From Candidatus Xenobia bacterium (lineage in GTDB: Bacteria > Vulcanimicrobiota > Xenobia > Xenobiales > QWHO01), in assembly GCA_045863235.1 (NCBI GenBank), contig BTUM01000015.1:1-64000 (forward strand): a stretch of DNA of 64,000 nucleotides, given 5' to 3'. Positions 1-8,725 of the stretch are shown in pieces (position 1 is the first letter of the stretch; each line of letters begins with the position of its first letter). The translations under genes were made by a program, and so were the position numbers. The notes beneath the pieces are model-generated. The model was not told the DNA's origin. It ran no database searches and saw only the letters and a program-made list of their open reading frames with translations.

Positions 1-167
1 TCTGCGCCGAGTTTAGATCAGGGGTATCAACGCTCAATCAATGATCTGCTGGTTCGGAGTTTGTCGCCGTCAAGAGGGAGTGAGTGGAGTGAGTGTGGGT
101 GCCTTCGCGGAAGTGTTCCTTGCGCCGCACTTCGGTCCACGTTTGAGCCGCCCGCGCTGACTGTAGC

Positions 168-1157
168 TCAACCGCCCCGTGTGTGCATCTCAAGATGCGG
201 ATTCTGGCGCAGCTGCTCCAAGCTCACAAAGGACCCACGACGTCGCAGGGCGGCGCGCTCCTCGGCTCCTCGATCGCTGCGCGCGCCCCACACGGCCTGC
301 AGTCGTTTCACCAGGTGCTCGTGGCGCTCGCCGGAACGCAACGGCTCGCGAAGGTCGGTCCCCCGGGTGGCGTAGAGGCAGGTGAAGAGGCGCCCATCGG
401 CGGTCAGGCGGGCCCGGTCGCAGTCCGAGCAGAAAGGCGCGGTGGTGGAGGCCACGATGCCGAAGACCTGCCCGTCCGGCATTTGAAAGCGCTCGGCCGG
501 GGCCGAGCCGCGGCCGGGCAGGGGCTCGGCCGGTCCCACCCGCTCGAGGATCTCGCTGCGCGAGAGGACCTTGTCGGGGCTCCAGCGGGTGGCCCCGCCC
601 ACGTCCATGTACTCGATGAAGCGAAGCTCGGCGTTCACTGAGCGGGCGAAGGCAAGCAGCTCGAGCAACTCGTCCTCGTTCACTCCCCGCATCGCCACCG
701 TATCCAGCTTGAGCGTCCCGAACTCGCGTCGGGCGGCCTCGATCCCCTCCAGCACCTGCTCCAGCGAATCGCGCCGGGCCAGATCGCGGAAGCGCTCGGG
801 ACGCAGGGTATCCAGACTGACCGTCACCCGGTGCAGGCCGGCCTGGCGTAGCTCGCGGGCTTGAGCGGCCAGCAGGATGCCGTTGGTGGTCAGGGCCAGA
901 TCCTCAAAGTCGAGCAATTCGATCAGGCCGGCCAGGTTGCGTCGCAGCAGCGGCTCGCCTCCGGTCAGACGAAGGCGACGCACCCCCAGCTCGCGGAAGG
1001 CGGCTGCCAGGCGAGCGATCTCCTCATAGCTGAGGAGATCGGCGCGGGGCAGCCAGCGGTACTCCTCCTCGGGCATGCAATAACCGCAGCGCAGGTTGCA
1101 GCGGTCGGTGACCGAGACCCGGAGGCTCTCCAGAGGGCGTTGCAGCGCATCGAGCAT
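168..1157 (-). CDS. moaA: GTP 3',8-cyclase (molybdenum cofactor biosynthesis radical SAM protein)
   Basis: LRVSVTDRCNLRCGYCMP (CxxxCxxC), TGGEPLLR, C-terminal FCSDC..R.RLTADG..TCL cluster and terminal GG; start placed at MLDALQRP (ATG 1157). Confidence 0.95.
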   Translation of the reverse strand: MLDALQRPLESLRVSVTDRCNLRCGYCMPEEEYRWLPRADLLSYEEIARLAAAFRELGVRRLRLTGGEPLLRRNLAGLIELLDFEDLALTTNGILLAAQARELRQAGLHRVTVSLDTLRPERFRDLARRDSLEQVLEGIEAARREFGTLKLDTVAMRGVNEDELLELLAFARSVNAELRFIEYMDVGGATRWSPDKVLSRSEILERVGPAEPLPGRGSAPAERFQMPDGQVFGIVASTTAPFCSDCDRARLTADGRLFTCLYATRGTDLREPLRSGERHEHLVKRLQAVWGARSDRGAEERAALRRRGSFVSLEQLRQNPHLEMHTRGG

Positions 1158-1221
1158 CCCCGGGACCTTCTCTCTCTCACGGAGGAATCTTTCCCTCGGG
1201 CCTCGATCAGGCAATACCAGC

Positions 1222-2265
1222 ATGAACATCCCCATTTTGCTCGGCCATAACGACGTGCTGCTTCGCCTCGAGCGCGAGGGCGATCACCTGCCCTTCCTGC
1301 TCGGGGATCCGGAGGCCCAGGTGGACCTGCCGCTGGCCCGACGGGGCGGGATGGGCGGGGGATTCTTTGCTGCCTGGGTTCCCGATCTCGAGCCCGACGA
1401 GACTTACTACGATGAGGATGGCGGCTACGCCATCGCCCTGCCCGACCCGCTCGATCCCGAGTACGCCTTCGAGGTCGCCCTCTCGATGTCGGACAGGCTG
1501 TTGCAGCTCGAGAGCGACTCGCTGGGCAGCGTGTGCGTGGTGCGCTCGTGGTCTGATCTGGTCAGCTGCCTGGAAGAGGATGTCTTCGCGGCCATTTTGC
1601 ACTTCGAAGGAGCCGAGCCCATCGATCCGGGTCTGCGCAATCTGGAGGAGCTCTATGCGCTGGGCCTGCGCTCGCTAGGGCTGGTTTGGAGCCGGCCCAA
1701 CCTGTTCGGGCATGGCGTGCAGCTTCGTTTCCCCTCCTCGCCCGACACGGGGCCCGGCCTGACCCGGCGCGGACGCGAGTTGGTGCGGGCCTGCAACGAG
1801 CTGGGCATCATGCTGGACGTGTCTCACCTGACCGAGGAGGGCTTCTGGGATGTGGCCTATCTGAGCCGCCACCCGCTGGTGGCCACGCACTCCAACGCCC
1901 ACGCCCTGTGCCCTTCCTCGCGCAATCTCACCGACGAGCAGCTCCGGGCGGTGGCCGATTCCGGCGGCCTGGTCGGGATCAGCTTCAGCGTGGCGGACCT
2001 CCGTCCCGACGGCGAGGACGACCCGGATACCCCGCTCGAGCTGGTGCTCGATCACCTGGAATACGTGGCCGAGCTGGCCGGGATCGACCACGTGGCGCTG
2101 GGCTCGGACTACGAGGGCGCCACCATGCCCGACGAGCTCGCGGACACGAGCGAGTTGGGGCAGGTGCTGTGGGGGCTGGCCGACCGCGGATTCTCGCAGG
2201 AGGAAATCGAGAAGGTGGCTCACGGAAACTGGCTGCGCGTGCTGGGAGAGACCTGGGAGCCATGA
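1222..2265 (+). CDS. membrane dipeptidase (peptidase M19 family)
   Basis: GHND, HFEGAEPI, LDVSH, ATHSNAHALC..SRNLTD and LGSDYEG motifs. Confidence 0.92.
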   Translation: MNIPILLGHNDVLLRLEREGDHLPFLLGDPEAQVDLPLARRGGMGGGFFAAWVPDLEPDETYYDEDGGYAIALPDPLDPEYAFEVALSMSDRLLQLESDSLGSVCVVRSWSDLVSCLEEDVFAAILHFEGAEPIDPGLRNLEELYALGLRSLGLVWSRPNLFGHGVQLRFPSSPDTGPGLTRRGRELVRACNELGIMLDVSHLTEEGFWDVAYLSRHPLVATHSNAHALCPSSRNLTDEQLRAVADSGGLVGISFSVADLRPDGEDDPDTPLELVLDHLEYVAELAGIDHVALGSDYEGATMPDELADTSELGQVLWGLADRGFSQEEIEKVAHGNWLRVLGETWEP

Positions 2266-2337
2266 GCCTCGCGCCCGAGAAGGCGCGCATGTTGGCCCTG
2301 GGGAATGTTCTGGTGTGGATCCGTATGCCACAAGGCC

Positions 2338-3390
2338 TCACGCGCCAAGCAGCTCGTCCACGCTGCGGTCAAATCCGATGAATACCGGCTCGGGCACCAG
2401 CGTGACCCCGAAGCGCTCGCGCACTCCCCGGCGGATCAGCCCGGCCAGCTCCACCAGATCGGCCGCGCTGGCCTCCCCGCGATTGATCAGGGCCAGCGAG
2501 TGGTTGCTCGACAGCCCCACTCGACCGTGCACAAATCCCCGCGGAAAGCCGCTCTGCTCGATCAGCCAGGCAGCCGAGAGTTTGGCCCGGCCCTCGCCGG
2601 CCGGCCAGCTGGGCATGCCTTCGCCGACCTGCGCGGACTGCACGACCGGGTTCATGAAAAACGAGCCAGCGCTGCGGTGGTTGGGGTCGGTCGGGTCGTA
2701 GACCATGCTCTTGGAGCGCCGGATGGCCAGCACCGTGCGCCGTACTTCCTCCAGGGGAGCGTCGGCGGAGAGCCGCTTCTGCAGCTCGGCGTAGCGCAGG
2801 GTGGACGCTCCTCCGGGGATGAGGGCGAGCTCCACGCCGGTGACCACGTAGCGGTCGAGCCAGGAGCCCTTGAAGTGCGACCAGCGATAACCGAACCCGC
2901 AGGCCTGAGCTGGCAGACGGACCCTCTCGCCAGTGGCGCGCACGACCGCCAGCACCGCCTCCAGGCGCTCGGCGACCTCCTGGCCGTAAGCCCCGATGTT
3001 CTGGATGGGGGCGGCTCCCACCCGGCCGGGAATGCCCGACAGGCACTCGATGCCGGCCAGGTTTTCATGGACGGTGTGCTCGACCAGGCTGTCCCAGCCG
3101 ACCCCCGCATCGACCTCCAGGCGGACGGTTCCGTTGCTCGAGAGCGTCTCGATGCGTTCACCCAGATACTCGACCACCAGCCCGGGGAAGCCGGCGTCCG
3201 AGACCAGGAGGTTGCTGCCACCTCCCAGCACCAGGGTCGGTAAACCCTGGCGGGCGGCTCGCTGGAGGTGATCGGCCAGTTCGGCGGGGGTGTGAGCCAG
3301 GGCGTGCCAACGCGCCGGACCGCCCACTCCGAGGGTGGTGCGCTCGGCCAGGGAAACCTGCTCGCGCCAGCTCACGTGAATGCTTTTCAA
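2338..3390 (-). CDS. murB: UDP-N-acetylmuramate dehydrogenase
   Basis: TTLGVGGPA, LGGGSNLLVSD, GIPGRVGAAPIQNIGAYGQE, SAGSFFMNP and L.PEP motifs; start uncertain (TTG 3390 or GTG 3375). Confidence 0.95.
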   Translation of the reverse strand: MKSIHVSWREQVSLAERTTLGVGGPARWHALAHTPAELADHLQRAARQGLPTLVLGGGSNLLVSDAGFPGLVVEYLGERIETLSSNGTVRLEVDAGVGWDSLVEHTVHENLAGIECLSGIPGRVGAAPIQNIGAYGQEVAERLEAVLAVVRATGERVRLPAQACGFGYRWSHFKGSWLDRYVVTGVELALIPGGASTLRYAELQKRLSADAPLEEVRRTVLAIRRSKSMVYDPTDPNHRSAGSFFMNPVVQSAQVGEGMPSWPAGEGRAKLSAAWLIEQSGFPRGFVHGRVGLSSNHSLALINRGEASAADLVELAGLIRRGVRERFGVTLVPEPVFIGFDRSVDELLGA

Positions 3391-3403
3391 CGACCCGGCG
3401 GAG

Positions 3404-4363
3404 CTAACCTGCCGAGAACTCGATGATCCCGTAGCCGTCCTCACCGCCCGGAGGGCGCGTGAGGTAGGCCAGCGCCTGGCCGTCGGGCGACCAGGAGGGC
3501 CGAAACTCCTGCCCCGGAGCGTCGGTGAGCCGCTTGAGCCCGGTGCCATCGGGCCGGATCAGGTAAAGGTCGATGTTGCCCGGATCGCTGGCGGTCTCGC
3601 CGGCAAAGGCGATCCACTTCCCGTCGGGCGAGAAGACCGGGTCGTACTGGTTGCCGGGCAGCAGGGCCAGCTCGCTGGTCTCGTCGCCGTAGGGATCGAC
3701 CAGGTGCAGGTCCGAGCCGCCCCCCCAGTAGTGCCGCTCGAAGACGATCTTGTCGCCCTGCGGTGACCAGTGCGGATTCATGTCGAACACTGGAATCTCG
3801 GGATCGAAGGTGATCTGGCGGGCCTTGGCGCCGGTGGTGTCGGTGACCCAGAGGTGGGTGCCGTCCTCGCCGGCCGAGTGGGTTACGATCTCCTGTCCCT
3901 TGGGATCCCAGCTGTGATCGGTTTCGAAGGTGCCACCCGGGCTGACGGTGCGCTCGCGTCCACCGTTGCCCTCGATGACGTTCAGATGGTAACCGCGCTC
4001 ATCGTCGCCCGTGCCGGTGAAGGCGATCAGCGAGCCGTCCCGGCTGAACTCGGGCTTCCAGCCCAGATTCTTGGAGATCTGCCTGGGCTCGCTTCCGTCG
4101 GCTCTGGCCACGTACAGGCCCCAGTCGGGCAGGTCCTGGCCCGGCCCGCGGCTGTAAGCGGCGTAGGCGATCTTGCTGCCGTCGGGGCTGAAGGAGGGAT
4201 TGGTCACCCAGGCGCCCTCGGGCCCGATGCGGCTCTCCACGCTCTGCTCGCGGCGATCCACGACGACCACTTCGCGCTCTTTTTCCAGGGCGACCTTGCT
4301 CGAGTCTGGCGACCAGGCGGGGCGCCCGGATGTGCCCTGCAAGGCGGTGGGTCGGATGGTCAT
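3404..4363 (-). CDS. TolB-like/PD40-repeat beta-propeller protein
   Basis: Seven P.(W/F)SPDG-type repeats; GGAGG RBS and promoter motif favour ATG 4363 over 4402; no Sec signal peptide. Confidence 0.85.
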   Translation of the reverse strand: MTIRPTALQGTSGRPAWSPDSSKVALEKEREVVVVDRREQSVESRIGPEGAWVTNPSFSPDGSKIAYAAYSRGPGQDLPDWGLYVARADGSEPRQISKNLGWKPEFSRDGSLIAFTGTGDDERGYHLNVIEGNGGRERTVSPGGTFETDHSWDPKGQEIVTHSAGEDGTHLWVTDTTGAKARQITFDPEIPVFDMNPHWSPQGDKIVFERHYWGGGSDLHLVDPYGDETSELALLPGNQYDPVFSPDGKWIAFAGETASDPGNIDLYLIRPDGTGLKRLTDAPGQEFRPSWSPDGQALAYLTRPPGGEDGYGIIEFSAG

Positions 4364-4391
4364 GGCTGCCTCCAAGTCATTCGTCCGGCTC

Positions 4392-4435
4392 AGAGTAGTC
4401 ATGGCCGGTGGGGGCGGGGTAACCGAATTGTTAAC
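4392..4435 (-). promoter_or_regulatory. GTTAAC-N5-GGTTAC-N21-TACTCT promoter motif
   Basis: Same architecture recurs upstream of several genes in this window. Confidence 0.55.
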
Positions 4436-4513
4436 CTTGCGCAGGCGGGGCCAGCACCTCCTCGTTCAGCCATTGGAGTCTCCGGCCGGCCCGGTGCTCT
4501 TCGTACCCAGGGC

Positions 4514-4873
4514 TCAGAAACTCCACGCGTTGAGGACGACGAATTCGCAAGCGGTGGCCAGGCCACTCGCCTCCAGGTTGGCGAGCGCCCTGGCCACCGC
4601 TTCGTAGGCCATGTTCTTGGACGGATCACTGTCCTGAAAGACCGCCAGGATGCCGGGATGGGACGGGTCACTCTCGTGAAGGAGACGGAAGTCGTCGCAG
4701 TTGTTGGTCAGCAAGACCCGTTTCTCGGCGCGCGCTCGCTCCAGCACGACAGCGTCTGGTTGGCCCTGCAGGCTCGCCTCGTTCACCGTGAGGACATCGT
4801 GACCGGCCAGACGAAGGATTTCGACCAGCCTGCGGGCCTGCGTGTCCTCATCCAGGAGCAGACGCAGGCTCAA
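4514..4873 (-). CDS. DUF5615/PIN-like toxin
   Basis: LLLDED...GHDV...D..VL..A....RVLLTNN.DDF pattern; overlaps upstream antitoxin; TTG start. Confidence 0.85.
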   Translation of the reverse strand: MSLRLLLDEDTQARRLVEILRLAGHDVLTVNEASLQGQPDAVVLERARAEKRVLLTNNCDDFRLLHESDPSHPGILAVFQDSDPSKNMAYEAVARALANLEASGLATACEFVVLNAWSF

Positions 4874-5363
4874 TCCGCACTCCTTGTGCGAACAGGCGGC
4901 GGCGCTCCTCGGATGCCTCCATCTCGAGCAGATCTCGAGACCGCTCACAGTAGCACACGATTTCCCTTACCGCCTCGACGGGCAGATCCCAGTTCTCGGC
5001 CGCCTCCTCGACAGTCAGTCGGTTTGTCTGCATATCCAACCAGACGGTCGAAGCTCGCAGGTTCCGGCCCTTGACGTAAAGCTGGCGCCTCCACGGATGG
5101 GGACGGGCCACCAGAAAGGCCCGGTCTCCTTCCCGACCGTCCTCCAACTCGGGAATGAGCACCTCAACGAGATCGCTCGGGGGAGTGCCGACATAGAGTT
5201 TTCCCCCATTCCTGAGCCGCCGAGCCAGAGCAGCCGTCAGCCTGGCGGCCCGCAGGATCGCGTCCTTCATCGTGGGCGCTGCCAGGGCGCTTCGCAGGAA
5301 CTCAAGCTCTGCCTCCTGTTCTGGCGTAATGTTGAAGTTCTGGCGCTTCGTGTCGGTCTTCAA
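4848..5363 (-). CDS. antitoxin with N-terminal RHH-like and C-terminal DUF433-like HTH regions
   Basis: QLYVKGRNLRASTVW...EEAAENWDLPVEAVRE..CY resembles DUF433; paired with PIN gene. Confidence 0.75.
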   Translation of the reverse strand: MKTDTKRQNFNITPEQEAELEFLRSALAAPTMKDAILRAARLTAALARRLRNGGKLYVGTPPSDLVEVLIPELEDGREGDRAFLVARPHPWRRQLYVKGRNLRASTVWLDMQTNRLTVEEAAENWDLPVEAVREIVCYCERSRDLLEMEASEERRRLFAQGVRIEPASAPG

Positions 5364-5409
5364 ATCTGTCGGCCGCTCCTGTCGTCGCTGAAATTCGGTT
5401 TCCTCACCG

Positions 5410-5441
5410 GTAAGTATAGAGCACTCATTCTATACTTACAA
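5410..5441 (-). promoter_or_regulatory. sigma70-type promoter overlapped by a palindromic operator (toxin-antitoxin operon)
   Basis: TTGTAA-N17-TATACT on minus strand; perfect inverted repeat GTAAGTATAGA-N8-TCTATACTTAC at 5410-5439. Confidence 0.8.
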
Positions 5442-5598
5442 GCGACTGCATGAGCCGGCTCCTGCCTTACCGTTTCCACCGGGCGGTATACCGCCCGCTC
5501 AGGCCGGTAACGATCCCAGAAGGTAAGTTGGCGCGCGCGGACGGATCGGGCGCCTGCTCGTTCGACGACGTAGTGGACGGCGGCTTGCTCGTTCAGCC

Positions 5599-8025
5599 TC
5601 AGGACGCCGCTCGCAAGGACAGGCTCGAATGCATGACGCGGGCGGCCACCCGGTCGAGCATGCCGCCATAGAGCTCGTGGGCCCCGCGCTCGTACTCGCG
5701 CAGCGGCTCCTTCTCGCCGTAGGCCTGCATCCAGGCGCCGTCGCGCAGCTGCTCGAGCGAGGTCTGCTGGGTGGCCCACTCCTGGTCCAGGGCCTCGAGG
5801 TAGGCCGAGCGCACCACGTTGCCCAGCACTCCAGGAGGGAGGGCAGCCTGCTGGGCCGCCAGCGCCGTCTGCAGCTGGCCGCGCAGCCAGCCTTTCAGGG
5901 CGGGGCCGTTCTCGAAGCTGGGCGCGGCCACGGGCTTTCCGCCCAGCAGATAGCTCAGCTCCTTCTGCAGCTGGGGTTGATTGACCGCAAGTCCTGTGCC
6001 GAAATGGCGCTGTTCGGCGTCCTGGCTCACCCGCTCCACCATCTTCTCCAGGTCGACCTCGGCGCCGGCGATGACCGCGTCGCGCTCGGCATAGACGGCC
6101 TGGCGCTGCAGGTTGACCACGCCGTCGTACTTGAGCAGGTGCTGGCGGCTCTCCAGATCGCGCCCCTCGGCCCGCGCCTGGGCGGCGGCCACGGCGGCCT
6201 GCACCTTCAGGCCGGTCAGGGGCGAGCTTCCCACCTCGGGCAGCTTCTCACCGTGCAGGCGGAACAGGTCGTCTTGCAGGCTCAAGAAGCACTGCGAGCG
6301 GCCCGGATCTCCCTGGCGCCCGGATCGTCCGATGAACTGCTCGTCGATGCGGCGAGCCTCGTGACGCTCGCTCAGGAGCACCGCCAGCCCACCCAGCTCG
6401 CGCACGCCCGGGCCCAGCTTGATGTCCACCCCGCGCCCGGCCATGTTGGTGGCGATGGTGACGGCGCCCTTCTTGCCGGCCTCAGCGATGATGCCGGCCT
6501 CGCGTTCGGCGTTGAGGGCGTTGAGCACCTGGTGGGGGATGCCCAGCTCGGTCAGGATCTGGCTCAACTCCTGGGAGCGCTCGATGGAGCGACTGCCGAT
6601 CAAGACCGGCTGACCGGTCTGGTGCAGGCGCTTGACCTCGGCAGCCAGAGCGGCGTCGCGCTGGGCCGAGGTGGCGTAGAGCTGGTCCTGGTGGTCGACC
6701 CGGATGCGCGGCTTGTGGGTGGGCACCAGCCGCACCGGCAGCCCGAAGACCTCGCGGAACTCCTGGGCAGCTGAGGCGCCCGTGCCGGTCATTCCGCTCA
6801 CCTTGGAGTAAAGCCGGAAGTAGTTGGGATAGGTGATGCCGGCCATGGTCTTCTGCTCGGGGCCGATCTCCAGACCCTCGGCAGCCTCGATGGCCTGGTG
6901 CAGGCCCTCGGCGAAGCGGTGGCCGGGCTTGAGCCGACCGGTGAACTCGTCCACCAGCACCACCTCGCCCTGTTGGACCACGTAGTGGGTGTTGCGCTGA
7001 TAAAGGGCACGGGCTGTCACGGCCGAGTGCAGGGCGCTTACCAGCGACTCGTTCTGCGGCTCGTACAGGTTGGCGATGCCCAGCAGCTTGCCGGCCTTCT
7101 CGCTGCCGGCCTCGGTCAGCCAGGCCAGCTTGCGGGCCGGCTCGGTGCCGATGTCCTGGCCTGGCTTGAGGTGGCGCACCACCTCGGCCATCACCTTCGC
7201 CACCCGGTTGTCCTGGGGAATGCGGTCGGCGATGATCAGGGGAGTTCTGGCCTCGTCGAGCAGCAGGCTGTCGGCCTCGTCCACCAGCGCGAACACCCCG
7301 GACAGGTCGCGCCCCACGCGTTCCTCGGAGGTGATGGCCAGGTTGTCGGTCAGGTACTGAAAACCGAACTCGGAGGCGGTGCCGTAGGTGATGTCGGCCT
7401 GGTTGGCTGCCCGGCGCGCCTCTTTCTCCTGGTCGGGAACGATCACGCCGGCCGTTAGCCCTAACTCGGCGAAGATAGGAGCGAGCTGGTCCCGGTCACG
7501 CTGGGCCAGGTACTGGTTGGCGGTGACCACGTGCACACCCTTACCGGTCAGGGCGTGCAGGTAGGTGGGCAGAACGCCCATCAGGGTCTTGCCTTCGCCG
7601 GTCTTCATGTCCACGATGGAGCCCTGGTGGGCGTACACGGCCCCCAGCACCTGCTCGTCGAAGGCCGTCATCCCGGTGACCCGGCGAGCAGCCTCGCGGG
7701 CGGCGGCATAGGCCTCCACCTGCAGCTCTTCCAGGCTCTCGCCGGCCGCCAGGCGAGCCTTGAAGCCGGCCGTGAGAGCCTTCAGGTCGGCCTTTGTCAG
7801 GTCTTGCGCCTGGACCGCGGCCACCAGGCTCCGAGCCTGGCGCTCGGCCCGAGCTTCCCCGCTCACCTCCCGTTTGATGGCCGAGCCGAAGCTGGTCAAA
7901 TGATCGCTCAGGGAAAGCGAGAAGTCGGGCGCAGACGAAAGAGCCGTCCGCTCCGGCTCAGGGGAGGAGACAGCTTTCGGGGTTCGGACCGGGGCGGGCG
8001 GAACCCGCAGGGCCGAGACCTGCAA
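5599..8025 (-). CDS. secA: SecA-family translocase ATPase, atypical paralogue
   Basis: MKTGEGKT, DEADSLLLDEARTPLII, VDEFTGR, GMTGT, ATNMAGRGVDIKLG and GRSGRQGDPG motifs; about 50-aa P/S/A-rich N-terminal extension; no C-terminal tail or zinc motif. Confidence 0.92.
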   Translation of the reverse strand: MQVSALRVPPAPVRTPKAVSSPEPERTALSSAPDFSLSLSDHLTSFGSAIKREVSGEARAERQARSLVAAVQAQDLTKADLKALTAGFKARLAAGESLEELQVEAYAAAREAARRVTGMTAFDEQVLGAVYAHQGSIVDMKTGEGKTLMGVLPTYLHALTGKGVHVVTANQYLAQRDRDQLAPIFAELGLTAGVIVPDQEKEARRAANQADITYGTASEFGFQYLTDNLAITSEERVGRDLSGVFALVDEADSLLLDEARTPLIIADRIPQDNRVAKVMAEVVRHLKPGQDIGTEPARKLAWLTEAGSEKAGKLLGIANLYEPQNESLVSALHSAVTARALYQRNTHYVVQQGEVVLVDEFTGRLKPGHRFAEGLHQAIEAAEGLEIGPEQKTMAGITYPNYFRLYSKVSGMTGTGASAAQEFREVFGLPVRLVPTHKPRIRVDHQDQLYATSAQRDAALAAEVKRLHQTGQPVLIGSRSIERSQELSQILTELGIPHQVLNALNAEREAGIIAEAGKKGAVTIATNMAGRGVDIKLGPGVRELGGLAVLLSERHEARRIDEQFIGRSGRQGDPGRSQCFLSLQDDLFRLHGEKLPEVGSSPLTGLKVQAAVAAAQARAEGRDLESRQHLLKYDGVVNLQRQAVYAERDAVIAGAEVDLEKMVERVSQDAEQRHFGTGLAVNQPQLQKELSYLLGGKPVAAPSFENGPALKGWLRGQLQTALAAQQAALPPGVLGNVVRSAYLEALDQEWATQQTSLEQLRDGAWMQAYGEKEPLREYERGAHELYGGMLDRVAARVMHSSLSLRAAS

Positions 8026-8028
8026 GGC

Positions 8029-8640
8029 CTACCAGCACACGCCCGAGTTGGAGTAGTAGTAGCCGCCGAAGGGCGTGACGCAGATGGCGTAGTGGCCGGT
8101 GTTGTCATTGACGTGACCGTACTCGTCGAAGTGATGGTAGATGCCGTCGGCGCCGTAGCCGTAGTGGTGGGGCCCGTGGTTGGCGTGTCCCATCGGGCTG
8201 TGATGGCGATAGGCGTTCATGTCGTAGCCGCCGCCGGGGTAGCTCGGGCCGGGAATGGGGATCGGGATCGGAATGGGGATCGGGATCCACGGCCGGTTGG
8301 GGCGGTGATTGTGATGGCGGTGCGGGTTCTGGTAGGGACGCACGTGGTTGTGGCCGCCGCGGTGGGGCCGGTGATGGCCGCGATGCTGGGCCAGGGCCGG
8401 GGTGGCCAGGGCGGCGAAAGCGGCCAGGCCCACCAGGGCCAGGGTGCCGTATTTGGCCAGGTTGGAGCCGGTGGCCGCGGCGGCCTCGGCGCTGACCTCG
8501 CTCGAGCTGCCCATGTCGGCGGCCCGGGCCTGGATGGTGGCCGTGTCGGGCAACTGGGCCGGCTCGGCGGCCGGGGCGGAGCTGGCCGCGGGACGGGCCG
8601 CGGACAAAGGCGTGGCAAAGCTGGTTGGCTGAATCTGCAT
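8029..8640 (-). CDS. His/Pro/Gly-rich small exported protein with a long leader and internal Sec signal peptide
   Basis: 203 aa from MQIQPTS; KYGTLALVGLAAFAALATPALA|Q at residues 63-85; ends 3 nt before the secA start. Confidence 0.75.
   Translation of the reverse strand: MQIQPTSFATPLSAARPAASSAPAAEPAQLPDTATIQARAADMGSSSEVSAEAAAATGSNLAKYGTLALVGLAAFAALATPALAQHRGHHRPHRGGHNHVRPYQNPHRHHNHRPNRPWIPIPIPIPIPIPGPSYPGGGYDMNAYRHHSPMGHANHGPHHYGYGADGIYHHFDEYGHVNDNTGHYAICVTPFGGYYYSNSGVCW
8251..8288 (-). repeat. in-frame hexanucleotide repeat encoding (IP)x6
   Basis: ATCCCG/ATCCCC/ATTCCG units giving WIPIPIPIPIPIPG. Confidence 0.85.
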
Positions 8641-8680
8641 GGTTTGGAAACCCCCAGAAATGGTTTTGTTTGTTTCCGCC

Positions 8681-8725
8681 ATCCTACTCCGAGCCCTGAG
8701 TTCACCTTCTGACCGGTTTGTTAAC
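8681..8725 (-). promoter_or_regulatory. GTTAAC-N5-GGTCAG-N22-TAGGAT promoter motif for the small-protein/secA operon
   Basis: Matches the recurring architecture; TAGGATGG is also found upstream of 58204. Confidence 0.6.

Noticed and set aside
1..167. Possible ncRNA or gene end at the window start
   Set aside because: No recognisable RNA motif or convincing ORF, and context is missing.
2262..2381. Short ORF coupled to the dipeptidase stop
   Set aside because: Only 39 codons, overlaps the murB 3' end on the opposite strand and shows no motif.
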